Positions 1 to 11,999 of a DNA stretch of 64,000 bases are shown in pieces. The stretch is from Anthoceros angustus (lineage: Eukaryota; Plantae; Anthocerotophyta), in the NCBI GenBank assembly GCA_010909165.1, contig VJWM01000134.1, positions 558,001-622,000 on the forward strand. The letters are read 5' to 3'. Position 1 is the first letter of the stretch. Each line of letters starts with the position of its first letter. Both the position numbers and the translations under genes were made by a program. Under the pieces are notes generated by a model. It was not told the origin of the DNA, made no database searches, and worked only from the letters and a program-made list of their open reading frames with translations.

Positions 1-1624
1 AACTGACATAAAACGGCTGCCTCCTCCGCGTCCCTGAAGACACACAAGATAAAGTCATACCAAAGAGAGCAGGCAAGTCAAGTTTTGAGCGCCTGGCTGG
101 CCACAGTCTTCACCCGCCTAAGAGCTTCCCTATATCCCGCCTCTCAGCCGGTGAGTGGTAGGAGGGAAGTTTAAGGTAGGTTGCAACTGCCGCGTCTTCT
201 CGGGAAACAGAGCTGGCCGTGTTGACCGGGCCATGTTCCGTTAATAACCTCGCAGCTGTGGAGAGTGCACTGTCGACAGCGTCGAGGCCGGAGGGTTCTG
301 GGCTGGAGTTTCTCGGAACATGGTGACCGGGAATGCTCGTGGGCTCTTCCCCTTCCCCTTCCGCTTCTGCTTCCTGCAACTTGCAAGACTATCACATGCG
401 ATTCTCAGCATCACAAAGGAGGATTCTCACAACGCTAGGGTTGCAGCTTGCTTTCTGGTAGCACTTGAGGCTTTTGCTCCAGCCTCATTTAATGGTTTCG
501 GTCTATGAAAAACAAAGTCTCCACCTGCTCCCTCCCTTAGAGACAGGACAGGGAAGGGTTACATCGTAATTTGCGATACAATTTGAAAAACATGTTAGAA
601 AAAGAAAATCCTGACTTTGGGAAAAGGGAAAGAGCTACTCCCAAGGACAGGATCTTGCCCGGCATGCTCCGAACTGGTTGCAAGGAAGAAGAGTGACAAC
701 TCCCAAGTCAGGTCCATCCGTCTCCACCTTTATCAACCATATCTTGCCTTGCCCTACCTTCCTTCGGATTGGAGTCCTTATTTTAATGTAGATGGCCGTC
801 CCACTGGCCTTCGGAATGCAGCCCTTACATTTTGTCCTGCAAATGGAAGCCGAACGTGGCGGATTGGAATTTGCCGGCTGTTTGTGGCTTTCTCAAGAAC
901 ACAACGTGGTGATAGGGAAAGCCCCGGCTACAGTGTACAGTATTACAGTTCCCGGGCACCACAATTGTATGGCATGGTGGGATGCCCGCCAGTCTCTGTC
1001 TATAAAGGCATAAGTATCTACATCCACCGTCCACAACATGTAGACGTTTTTCAAACAAAATGTGAGGATATTTGTCCCAGCTTTCGAGGTAGAGCATATA
1101 CAGGGTGAAAGGGACACGTCGCATCCAGCGCGTTGCGTGCGGAATGCGCATGTGGCCAGGAGTATGTAGTACAGAAACGAAGGGAGTGTCGGCGCCAATA
1201 GGGGAGGGGCAGGTGGAAGAATGTAAGTGGATAACCGCCCCGGAAGCTTCTGGGGCGGCATTTTTCTTTTAGAACATTTGTGGTATGTAAATTCAAAGCG
1301 GACTCATATCCACGTGAGGCGAAGGTACTACTGTACAGAGTACACCGGTGTGTTGGAAGGAAAAGCCCCACACCTACCGATCCAGACCGACAGCCAACTT
1401 GCCTGATAGAGTGCAATCGGTGGGAAACCCGTGCCGCCTCGGCCAGTGGCGGGCAGCCTGAAAAAAAAATTGGGTGGCAGATGCGGCCTCGCTTCGCTCC
1501 CCTTCCGTGCCCGCTTATGTACAATTGGAGCTGCCAACGCCATCACAACACTCGAGCAAGATGAATTCGGGCGTCTGGTGTGGTCCCGGATCTGTAAATA
1601 GGGGGGATTAGCGAGTAGCACAGC

Positions 1625-2776
1625 TTAGGCGGCCATGGGAGTAGGTAATCTCCGCTCCATCCCCTCAACCCCGAGCTGCGGGACCATCTCCGTGAGCAGC
1701 TTCCTGGCCGTCTGCGTGCCGAGGTCGATGCTGGACTCCACATTGCTGGCAATGTCGAACACGATGCTCTCGAGCATGGCGGAGTCCGGTCTCTGCGACT
1801 TCTGGCGGCTCTGGTCCCGCAGCAGCTGCAGCAGAGTGCGCGCCTTCTGCTGCCCTGTCTGCGTGCCCTGCACTGTGAGCTCCAGCAGGCCCGGGATCAC
1901 TCCCTCTCCCAAGATGGCGTCCCTGTACCGCTCCCGGCTGCTCTGGCACATGGAGAGCAGGATGCTCACGGCCCGCTCCCGGCTGGCCAGCGAGCCGTCC
2001 TCCAGAACCTCCACCAGGGCAAGAATCCCGCCCTCCTCCTTCCCGATGGCGTCGATCCCCTTCTCGAACGCGGCCAAACCCTCGAGCAGGGCCGTGCACC
2101 TCTCCGCCACCTTGGACGACTTCTTGCTCTCCTGCAGCAGCGTGACGAGCGGCCCGACTGGCTTGCACACCAGAATGCGCGTCAGATTCTCCGCGTCCGT
2201 GGACAGATTGTAGAGCGCCATGAGCGCATCCACCTTGGCCTGCATACTAGACGAATCCAACATATCCACCAGCAAGGCCGTGGCCCCGGACGCCCCGATC
2301 ACCGGCTTGTTCGGCGGCGCGGCAGAGAGCGTCAAAATCGTAGCAGCCGCAGCCTCCCGCAGCGTCTCGTGGCTCGATCTCAGCAGCTCCACCAGCGGAT
2401 CCACAGCCCCGGCGGTCACAATCTTTACCTTATTCCGCTCATTCCCGACCGAAAGGTTGAGCAACGCCAGCACGGCCGCCTCCTTGGCGTCGTTGCTGTT
2501 CCCCGGCTTGAGCATCGCCACAAGCGGCACAATCACTCCCGCAGCCGCCAGATACGCTCTGCTCTTGGCCGACGTCTTGGTGAGCTTCCGAATTTGCAAG
2601 GCCGCGCGCGTCCGCTCCTCCCCCTCCCCGCACTGCAGCGTCCACAGCAGATCCTGCATGCTCTGCTTGATGGCGTTCCGCGCGCTCTCGTAGATAGCCG
2701 ACTCGTTCCCGAGCCGCTCCAGCTCCTGCTCCACCTGGTCCCGAAACTCCGCCATCTCCTCCGCCTCCCCGCTCAT
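1625..2776 (-). CDS. Armadillo-repeat protein (PUB-like ARM array, no U-box seen), single exon, 383 aa
   Basis: Repeated ARM consensus segments (AGVIVPLVAML...EAAVLALLNLS; AGAVDPLVELL...AAATILTLS; EGVIPGLLEL...KARTLLQLL). Confidence 0.9.
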   Translation of the reverse strand: MSGEAEEMAEFRDQVEQELERLGNESAIYESARNAIKQSMQDLLWTLQCGEGEERTRAALQIRKLTKTSAKSRAYLAAAGVIVPLVAMLKPGNSNDAKEAAVLALLNLSVGNERNKVKIVTAGAVDPLVELLRSSHETLREAAAATILTLSAAPPNKPVIGASGATALLVDMLDSSSMQAKVDALMALYNLSTDAENLTRILVCKPVGPLVTLLQESKKSSKVAERCTALLEGLAAFEKGIDAIGKEEGGILALVEVLEDGSLASRERAVSILLSMCQSSRERYRDAILGEGVIPGLLELTVQGTQTGQQKARTLLQLLRDQSRQKSQRPDSAMLESIVFDIASNVESSIDLGTQTARKLLTEMVPQLGVEGMERRLPTPMAA

Positions 2777-4379
2777 CCGCCTCCCGCTCCCCTTCCTCTT
2801 GCTCGTGCCTGCTCCAATTTCGAATCACCGCGTCCTCCTTCCGCAAATTCCTCCCTCCTCCACTCCCAACCCCCGTCCAACCCGATCCTCCACACAAATT
2901 TCCCCCGCTTTCATCAAAAACACTTCACACCACACCTCACCAGATCTACTACTCCTCCAAGATCACAGCGCTGCAAACCTCCAATCCAGACCTCCTCCTC
3001 CTCCTCCTCCTCCTCGCAAGCCGAGATCACTCCTCTTCCGCGCCTCAGCCTCCTCCTCCGCCAGATCCAAGAACGCACGCACCAGCCGGCTCACCAAGAA
3101 GCAGCTGCGACAGGGGCAGCGCGGAGGGCGAGCCGGGGGCGGGGCGTGATGAGGTGTGCGGGACATGCAGAACAACATGGCAGCTTTTAATGGCAGCCGC
3201 ACTCCTGCTGCTGCACTTGGCCGGAGCAAGGGTAGGGAAGACGGACGCGGGTCCCAGCCCCAGGGCGTGGAGCGGGAGCGGCGCACAGAAGGGCGGAGCG
3301 GAGCGTCCAGGGCGTTCCCGCTGCGGCCGCGTGGTGGCCTCCACGGCCGCTTTTCACCCCCGTGGTAAAAAGCTTTCTCACCCACTTTCACCCCGCCCGG
3401 CAAGAGATATTTGCGTGCTGCAGGGTCCGGCCCGAAACGGGCCTCCGCTTCGCCTTTTGCCTTCGGAATTGCACGACCCAATTGCCAATTGCCATGCGAC
3501 GCCCAAGTCCCCAGCGCAACCAGATTCACACTGTTCTACGGTGCTGGCTCCTCCGGTGGTCACATCCACTCGCTCACCTTCCTCCCCGCGTCCCAAGTGA
3601 CGTGCGCCCGCGTCCACGCCCATTATGTTCTTTCACCCCCCTTGGCCCTTTACCTTGCCTTGCCCTCACGGCAACAAAACAAAACAAACCAATCTCCGGG
3701 TTTGAAGTTCAAATTCCACGACTTTGACCCCCTTACGCCTCCTCGTCTTTTGCGTTTACGCGTCTCCTCCGTTTTCGCTGTGCCGCGCTTACTAGGTATG
3801 CAGGACTTTACTCACACAACTGCTGTTTTTTCTTGTCCATACCAAAAGAAGAAGATTCGTCATCCCATGCAAATGCAAATGCAAATGCAAATGCGACTTC
3901 ATTCCAGGTGGAGATACATATGTATTCTCACTGCTAAAGTCTTATCACCAAAGTCCAAACCTTTATGTTCAATCTTCAACATTCCATGAGTCTCTCGAGG
4001 TATTATCAAAGTTAGTCAAGTTTTTCCTTTCTTTATAATTGTAGGTAGTGAGATAGTCTATGAGGGTCAAAAAAAAAAAAAGAATCGTGGATGATAGAGT
4101 CTATGAGGGTCAAAATATAAGAATTGAGGATGGATGAGAATGAATGTTCTTACATCACAATCCAAGATCATACGGTGGGAAAACTTCTCATGTCACACAC
4201 TGGACAACATCGGCCATGGGCGCCTGCCCCTCGTGTCCCGATGTCGTCAAGTGGTGTGTGAAGATTCTTTTTAGTTTGTGACACACAACGTTTTCTTTTT
4301 TGGGGCTGTCAGAACATGGGCCTTCGCACATCCATCCTGCATGACCCCATCTACCCGTCAGTTTGCCGTAAACAAACCG

Positions 4380-5030
4380 TCACAGACCTTTGTGGCACAT
4401 AGCCTGCAGCAGCCATCTGGGCCTCGCGCGACTGGCTTTCGCACCCATCCAGACCTTTGTGGCGAGTAGCTTGAGGAGCCATCCGGCCTCGCGACATCGG
4501 CTGCAGCCATCCAGCCTTTGAGGCGATAACTGCAGGAGCTATCCAGCCTCGCGATCGCTTTGGCAGCCATCCGAGCCTCAGCGATTGCCTTTGGCAGCCA
4601 TCCAGGCCTCGCGGCGCCTTTGGCGTGTGCCTCGCGATTGCCTTTGGCGGCCGTCCGAGCCTCGCGCGATTGCCTTTGGCGGCCGTCCGAGCCTCGGCGC
4701 GCTTTGGAGGAGCCATCCGGGCCTCGCGACACTGGCTTTCGCAGCCATCCAGGCCTTTGTGGCAGATAGCTTGGAGGAGCCATCCAGGCCTCGCGGCGCT
4801 TTGGCAGCCATCCGCCTTTGTGGCAGATAGCCGGAGGAGCTATCCAGCCTCGCGATTGCCTTTGGCGACCATCCGAGCCTCAGCGATTGCATTCGGTAGC
4901 CATAAAGGCCTCGCGGCGCTTTGGCAGCCATCCAGCCTCGCGATTGCCTTTGGCAGCCATCCAGCCTCGGCGCCTTTGGCAGCCATCCAGCCTCGCGATT
5001 GCATTTGGCAGCCGTACAGGCCTCGTGCCA
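4380..5030. repeat. GC-rich minisatellite, ~27-30 bp units (GCCTTTGGCAGCCATCCAGCCTCGCGATT and variants)
   Basis: Tandem imperfect units are directly visible. Confidence 0.9.
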
Positions 5031-7907
5031 ACCATGAATGATATATATGTACATGTGTGGTGTAGGTAAACCCTAAACATGAGTATGTGTGTTTGACAAA
5101 AACCCTAAATGGCAGAAAGAAAAGTAGATGATTTGTGGCGTCTACAGCCCGTCGTGCGCTGATGTGGCCCGTATGTGATGAAGGAATCTTGAAGATGCCT
5201 ACGCATCTTCATGTAGAGTACTGGAGAAATAAAACTTGTCACACAGACCCTTCTCCTTGACGAGATCGGTATTCCATACTTCAGTTTTATGCTTTATGAT
5301 TTAAAGAAAAATATGTTTTATCATTATGGTTTTTTATTATTGTACTAATAATTTCTTTAATAAAGTAGATTGAAGACAATGGATTGAAAAACAAGACGAC
5401 CCGGTGAGCTCCTAGTGAGATGTTCCTCTCACCTACCGGGACTCTAAAGCGTTTGAAGCATGCAGCGTAGGAGTGTTTTGTGGGTCGATTTTCTATAGGT
5501 ATCTACAAGATCGAGTGGGGGATTTGAGTACGAAATTTGTATTTGGGTATGATAGGTGTTCGAATGTGGATGCACCGAATCACACAGGAATCGCTTGTAG
5601 CTGGAATGTACCAGCTTGCCATGATGGGGCATGCCAGGCAATGCTGGTAACACGAGGCCGAGGACACCGGATTTGGCAGTTTCGGTTTGGAGTCCTGCAA
5701 TCTCGCGGAGGGAGAGGGGGATGTGAGTGGGAGCAGCTGCGACAGGGGCAGCGCGGAGGGCGAGCCGGGGCAGGGCGTGATGGTGTGCGGGACATGCAGA
5801 ACAACATGGCAGCTTTTAATGGCAGCCACTCCTGCTGCTGCACTTGGCCGGAGCAAGGGTAGGGAAGACGGACGCGGGTCCCAGCCCCAGGGCGTGGAGC
5901 GGAGCGGCGCACAGAAGGGCGGAGCGGAGCGTCCAGGGCGTTCCGCTGCGGCCGCGTGGTGGCCTCCACGGCCGCTTTTCACCCCGTGGTAAAAAGCTTT
6001 CTCACCCACTTTCACCCCGCCCGGCAAGAGATATTTGCGTGCAGGGTCCGGCCCGAAACGGGCCTCCGCTTCGCCTTTGCCTTCGGAATTGGAGCTGGTG
6101 ATGGGAGGAGTTTGGTGGTTCCCTTCCCCGTTACGACGTTGGGGAGATGCGGGTGGCGGCGAGGAGGTGGTGTGGGGCTGGGAGGGGACGAAGTTTCCAA
6201 TCGAGTGACATTGTATGGAGGGAAGGAGGGTTTGGGAGCCATCCAGCCTTTGTGGCGAGATAGCTTGAGGAGCCATCCAGCCTCGCGATTGCCTTTGGCA
6301 GCCATCCAGCCTTTGTGGCGAGATAGCTTGAGGAGCCATCCAGCCTCGCGCGCCTTTGGCAGCCATCCAGCCTCGCGATTGCATTCGGTAGCCATAAAGG
6401 CCTCGCGGCGCTTTGGCAGCCATCCAGCCTCGCGATTGCCTTTGGCAGCCATCCAGCCTCGCGATTGCCTTTGGCAGCCATCCAGCCTTTGTGGCGAGTA
6501 GCTTGAGGAGCCATCCGGGCCTCGCGATTGCCTTTGGCAGCCATCCAGCCTTTGTGGCGAGATAGCTTGAGGAGCCATCCGGGCCTCGCGCGGCGCTTTT
6601 ATCCAGCCTTTGTGGCAGATAGCCTGGAGGAGCTATCCAGGCCTCGCGCGACTGCCTTTGGCAGCCATCCAGGCCTCGCGCGATTGCATTCGGTAGCCAT
6701 AAAGGCCTCGCGCGACTGCCTTTGGCAGCCATCCAGGCCTCGCGCGACTGCCTTTGGCAGCCATCCAGGCCTCGCGCGACTGCCTTTGGCAGCCGTCCAG
6801 GCCTCGCGCGATTGCATTTGGCAGCCGTACAGGCCTCGTGCCAACCATGAATGATATATATGTACATGTGTGGTGTAGGTAAACCCTAAACATGAGTATG
6901 TGTGTTTGACAAAAACCCTAAATGGCAGAAAGAAAAGTAGATGATTTGTGGCGTCTACAGCCCGTCGTGCGCTGATGTGGCCCGTATGTGATGAAGGAAT
7001 CTTGAAGATGCCTACGCATCTTCATGTAAGATCTTGGAGAAATAAAACTTGTCACAGACCCTTCTCCTTGACGAGATCGGTATTCCATACTTCAGTTTTA
7101 TGCTTTATGATTTAAAGAAAAATATGTTTTATCATTATGGTTTTTTATTATTGTACTAATAATTTCTTTAATAAAGTAGATTGAAGACAATGGATTGAAA
7201 AACAAGACGACCCGGTGAGCTCCTAGTGAGATGTTCCCTCTCACCTACCGGGACTCTAAAGCGTTTGAAGCATGCAGCGTAGGAGTGTTTTGTGGGTCGA
7301 TTTTCTATAGGTATCTACAAGATCGAGTGGGGGGATTTGAGTACGAAATTTGTATTTGGGTATGATAGGTGTTCGAATGTGGATGCACCGAATCACACAG
7401 GAATCGCTTGTAGCTGGAATGTACCAGCTTGCCATGATGGGGCATGCCAGGCAATGCTGGTAACACGAGGCCGAGGACACCGGATTTGGCAGTTTCGGTT
7501 TGGAGTCCTGCAATCTCGCGGGAGGGGAGAGGGGGGATGTGAGTGGGAGCAGCTGCCATGTGTGCGCTGTGATGCAGCTGTTTGCAGAATACGACGGTGG
7601 GCCTCGTGGGCTGTTTAGCAGCCGTGTATCTGGTGTTGGGGGCTGATTGGGCGAATTACTGGGGGTGCTGCATCACATTTGTGGGCTTACATCGATTGCA
7701 TGGCTGCTACAGCCCCGGCCCCTGTTCCCCGCGGCTGGGATGGAGGTATCGGAATTGGAGCTGGTGATGGGAGGAGTTTGGTGGTTCCCTTCCCCGTTAC
7801 GACGTTGGGGAGATGCGGGTGGCGGCGAGGAGGTGGTGTGGGGCTGGGAGGGGGACGAAGTTTCCAATCGAGTGACATTGTATGGAGGGAAGGAGGGTTT
7901 GGGAGCC
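4995..7907. repeat. Mosaic local duplication: ~4995-5740 = ~6808-7556; 5732-6091 = 3100-3471; 6083-6240 = 7749-7907
   Basis: Near-identical blocks by direct comparison, differing mostly by 1-2 nt indels. Confidence 0.85.
6235..6835. repeat. Second array of the same minisatellite
   Basis: Same unit as 4380-5030. Confidence 0.9.
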
Positions 7908-9172
7908 CTATAAGTGGCCAGGGTTGGAGGTTATGTGGAAGGAAAGGGGAAAGGAGGAAGAGGGGGGGAGTTGCAATGGCGCAGATTGGAGCGCTGGATG
8001 GAATCAAGGAGGCGTTGGTCGCGTTTCCTCCTACCTGGGAATCGTCTCTTGTGGCAACGGCGACTATCGTGGTTTTAGGGTCCCCCGTGTTGCTGTCGGG
8101 GCTCACGGTGCCGGGTGTGTTGAGTGCTTACGTGCTGGGCACTCTTTCCTGGCGGGCCTTTGGACCGACTGGATTTTTCATTGTGGCGCTCTACTTTGTC
8201 TTGGTAAGAGGCTGACGTGTGCTTGCTCTTAAGGGCCTTTGGCCTTGCCCTAGCCATGGCCGTGTTGGACGGGTGTGCTGAGATTGCCAGCGCAGGGAAC
8301 CGCAGCCACCAAGCTGAAGATCAAGCAAAAGGAAAGCGAAGGCATCGCCGAGCAGCGGAGAGGGAGGCGAGGTCCGGCCAGCGTGTGGGGTTCCGGAACC
8401 GCAGGCTGTCTGTGCGCCCTAGCTGCCATCTGGGGCATCGGGGGACCTGAACTGGCACCTGTGTGGGCGCTGGGGTTCGTGGCCAGCTTCTGCACCAAGA
8501 TCAGTGACACAGTGTCAAGTGAGATTGGCAAAGCCTATGGCAAGACTACGTAGGTATTTATGTCTAGGCCTACAAGCGGCACTTGGCTTCTAGGTCCATC
8601 CTCGGTTCTGCTCTTGCTGATGCTAAAGGAACCGGGTTTGGCATACTCATCTGCCTCTTCTGCCACGCACAGGTACTTGGTAACAACCCTTTCGATCGTG
8701 CCAAGGGGGACCGAGGGTGCCGTCAGTCTGGAGGGCACCTTGGCTGGCGTGTTGGCAGCTTCTGTGCTTGCTGGTGTTTCAGTTATCTTGCACGAGGTGA
8801 GCCCTTGTCGTCCCCTTGGATCTTATAGCCTATGCGCATGATGCTCGAGGGTGTGCTGCTCATTTCTCCTGTTGGCTCCTGGTTCTCAGACTGACCTGCA
8901 AGGAGCAGCTATATGCTTGCTAGCGTCACAGCTGGCCAATCTTTGTGAGAGCTATGTTGGAGCCACATTGCAGGGGAAAGAGGGCTATGAGTGGGTACGT
9001 CGTTGGGATGCGTTGATAAGTTTGTCTAAGTACAAGACATCATCTTCTTGTTTCGTCTTTTCTCACCCCCATGCCATCCTATCTTGTGCAGCTAAACAAC
9101 GACATTGTCAACATTTTCAACATATCTATCGGTGCAGCTCTTGCCATTGCAGCCAAGCTTCAATTGGGATAA
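7699..9172 (+). CDS. VTE6: VTE6-like phytyl-phosphate kinase (DUF92/TMEM19 family), 5 exons, plastid-type N-terminus
   Basis: Exon peptides PPTWESSL...AYVLGTLSWRAFG, GTAATKLKIKQKESEGIAE...RGPASVWGS, SFCTKISDTVSSEIGKAYGKTT, VPRGTEGAVSLEGT, ESYVGATLQ, LNNDIVNIFNISIG*, joined by GT-AG introns. Confidence 0.9.
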
Positions 9173-9965
9173 GTTTGGGCGATGGTCGGCCTCGTGATCG
9201 CGGTTCTCAGTAGTCAGGGCAATCCCAGAGCGGACTTTTCTGGGACTAGACGCCCTGGAGTTTACCGTGGAACGTTGTCTCGGTAAGAACCTCATGTACA
9301 GCAAATTGTTCCTTTCCAACTTTTTCTTATCCATCATACTTTGGGTCTCTGCATACGTGCAATGTTTGTTTTCCTCTATACAAATGTCCTTAGTTAGGCA
9401 CTAAGAAGCTTTTGAGAATCTAGGTCTATCGGACTGAACTCCTCAAACTTATCCTATGTATTTGGCTGGGTCCCTAATGCTACTCAAATGAACTTTCCTA
9501 GGCTGTCAAATCCAATGTCTACTCTTAATGGGATTCCGTAGAATCCCATACATTCGTTCAAGTCTTGCCACAAGATTGAAAAATTTGGCGCTGCTTCGCT
9601 GGAATTTCCACATGAGCCTAGAACATGAACCATCTGGCTTGAAGGGTGCAAGTATTTTGAGTGTTTTCAGAACCCAAACTGGCGGTTTGAAGGAATTGCG
9701 CTTGCTAGAGATGCCAGCAGGCATCTCTGTTTACTTTTCAATTGGGATCAATAAGCATCTGGTTGGTCTTGAAAGGGGTTATTCTGCCTGAAGTTTCCAG
9801 CTAGCCTTGAGCAGATGGCAGTAGCGTAATTAACCCTTCCCACGCAAAGTCTTGGGCCCCATGTACTCACCATACAGCATAGTTTTAGTTTTTTTAACGA
9901 CATACACCTCATCCGACAAAGAAATCCTTACTTTTGCTGGTCCTCAGATCCCTTCTCGCAAATGG

Positions 9966-10877
9966 TCAACCAAACCTGTTCGAAGGCGTGGAAAACAGTG
10001 TAAGCAGATGACACAGAGAATCCCATCGACCAAAAAGAAATCGGCAATGTCGGCCCAACCTGGCCGTTCTTGCCCTCTTTCTGTCTTCCGAACCGGGGTT
10101 TTCGGGAAGACCGAATCTGGCCGCTCGAGCCCGTTTCTTCGACTCGATGGTAGGATACTTCGATGAGCTGGTCTGCTCTCGCTGCGCAGATCCGAACCTG
10201 CAAATGCATAACCCGCGAACTTAATTGGAGAAAACCTTGGTACAGGAAGAACATGCCTACTACTTACATACTCCGGCAAGCAAGCATAACCAAACAAGAT
10301 ACTTGCCTCACCGATCGAGCCGTCCTCTTCGCTGCCTCTTCCACCAAGGAAAGAGGCCTTGGTTTGCTCCTGCTCCAAGTATCCGTAACGGGACCAAACC
10401 TGCGGCATCACATGATCTCACCTGAGAAGATACTAACTAGTCGCAGCAGCGTGCCACGACGCGGTTAATCTCGAGTACGCATTTCTGCTCAAGAATAATA
10501 TGTACTAAGCACCTCACAGCTCGAATTATGCGCCTCTCTGCCTCCGAGACCTGCAAGTTAATGCCAAACCGCTCAGCTCGACGTTGTCTTTTCTCCAAGT
10601 GATCCGACACCTTCGCGACGAGCGACTCGAGAATCCGACCATCTAGGTCAGAACCAGGATGCTCCTCAAGCCAGCTCCGGGCAGGTTCACCTGTCGCTTC
10701 CTCCGACACATCACTTTCTCTTTCCAGATGCTGTCCCTTCACTGTATGCACTGGACGAACCGCAGCTTTCCTCACCTTCAACGCAGAAACATACTCCGCG
10801 CAATCAACCAACGAGCCGTCCTCTTCAAATCCTCCTGGGAATTCCCAAACCTTCACAGGTACAGACGCACGCGCCAT
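9966..10877 (-). CDS. MOS11/THO1(SARNP)-like protein with repeated RxxRFG motifs; exons 10877-10513, 10399-10307, 10197-10060, 9975-9966
   Basis: Spliced product contains EKRQRRAERFG, RRIIRAVRFG, AKRTARSVRFG, KKRARAARFG, KRARTARFG*, the pattern of the THO1/MOS11 C-terminal domain. The 5' end is uncertain. Confidence 0.75.
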
Positions 10878-11619
10878 TACGCATGCACTCAGCTCTTCAC
10901 CCAAACCCTAGCCTAGATGTTGTGCAGGTAGCGTGCTCGCCGTTCCTCCCAATCAAATGACAACACACGGATCACCTCAGAGCGCATGGGCACGTCCCTT
11001 AGGAGCCACAATTGTCCACAATTCCCTGCTCTCCACTGAACGATGCCTCCTCCCTTCTCCCAAGCGCACACCACAAAGGAGAAATCAAAGACGCAGACAC
11101 TGCCTCCAAGGAATAGTCACAGAAGCACATATCCAACGAGTTGAGGCAAGATCTTCAAGGCACCGCCATAGATCAAACTGTATCACAACGGGACCAAACT
11201 TTCAAACACAGTGCGGAAGATCAATCGTTGAAACCCAACAGTCACGGCAGGCCTGAGATTACACGAATTTGCCGTCCCCAAGCACGCACAATCCCTTGCC
11301 TCTGCCGAATGAGCACCGAGATCCTCGCAGTTTAGATCAGAACCACGGATTATCTCAGTCCAAGACGGAAGGGAATAATACGAGCTCTTTCTTGCACCAC
11401 GCTAATCAAACTCAACACCATTTTCCAGAGGCAACCGGCGGTAGTCTGCAACTAAACTAAATCTTGGGTTGAGAACTATGGTGTACCGATTGCACACCCT
11501 TCGCGGTTCTGAGAAAAGTTTTTTTTCACTCTCTCTCTACGATACGGAATACTATAAATATATATTGCCTACATTGCACCAAATACATATGAACCATACC
11601 AAAGAGGACAAAGGGGATG

Positions 11620-11697
11620 ACAAGTCAAGTACCAAGTCCCATGACGGAAATCCGTCCTTAGTGGACTCAAATAAAATTCTTCTTCTTCTTCTTCTTC
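11620..11697 (+). mobile_element. 5'-truncated copy (3' tail only) of the non-LTR element at 12.0-15.8 kb, flanked by a 25 bp direct repeat
   Basis: AAGTACCAAGTCCCATGACGGAAATCCGTCCTTAGTGGACTCAAATAAAA(TTC)n is nearly identical to 15690-15757. CATACCAAAGAGGACAAAGGGGATG occurs at 11595-11619 and 11712-11736. Confidence 0.75.
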
Positions 11698-11999
11698 ATA
11701 CATACGTATGGCATACCAAAGAGGACAAAGGGGATGGGGCAACTTTTTTCGTGCAAAAGCCATACAAGGCATAGGCATCTTGAGGAATATACCACAGATT
11801 CCAGTACGGATTGCTTTCTCACAGCACATGCTGAAATGTCCGCTTTAGCGCCCTAACCAACAGCGGCCAAGCACCAAAGGGGACACACACTTTCTCTTCG
11901 AAACGTGTGTGTGCTTCAAAATTTTTCAGTCCTTGCAACTTGAAAACAAAGAGCCGGGACACTATGTTATCAGAGTCTTCCGCCCTACCTTCTACGATT

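Noticed and set aside
1-1560. Short ORFs at the window start
   Set aside because: No recognisable motif or consistent exon chain, so left unannotated.
1635-3190. Long antisense and alternative-frame ORFs over GC-rich genes (also over DUF1005, SEUSS and the DYW genes)
   Set aside because: These are the shadow ORFs expected from high GC3 codon bias.
5401-5450. Helitron 3' end (hairpin plus CTRR)
   Set aside because: The spacing and the A/T insertion context do not fit cleanly, and no 5' TC end could be assigned.
4351-6893. Long ORFs (up to 454 aa) over the minisatellites, and a CRISPR-like appearance
   Set aside because: The ORFs are open in several frames because the repeat unit lacks stops. 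There are no unique spacers and no cas genes, and the context is eukaryotic.
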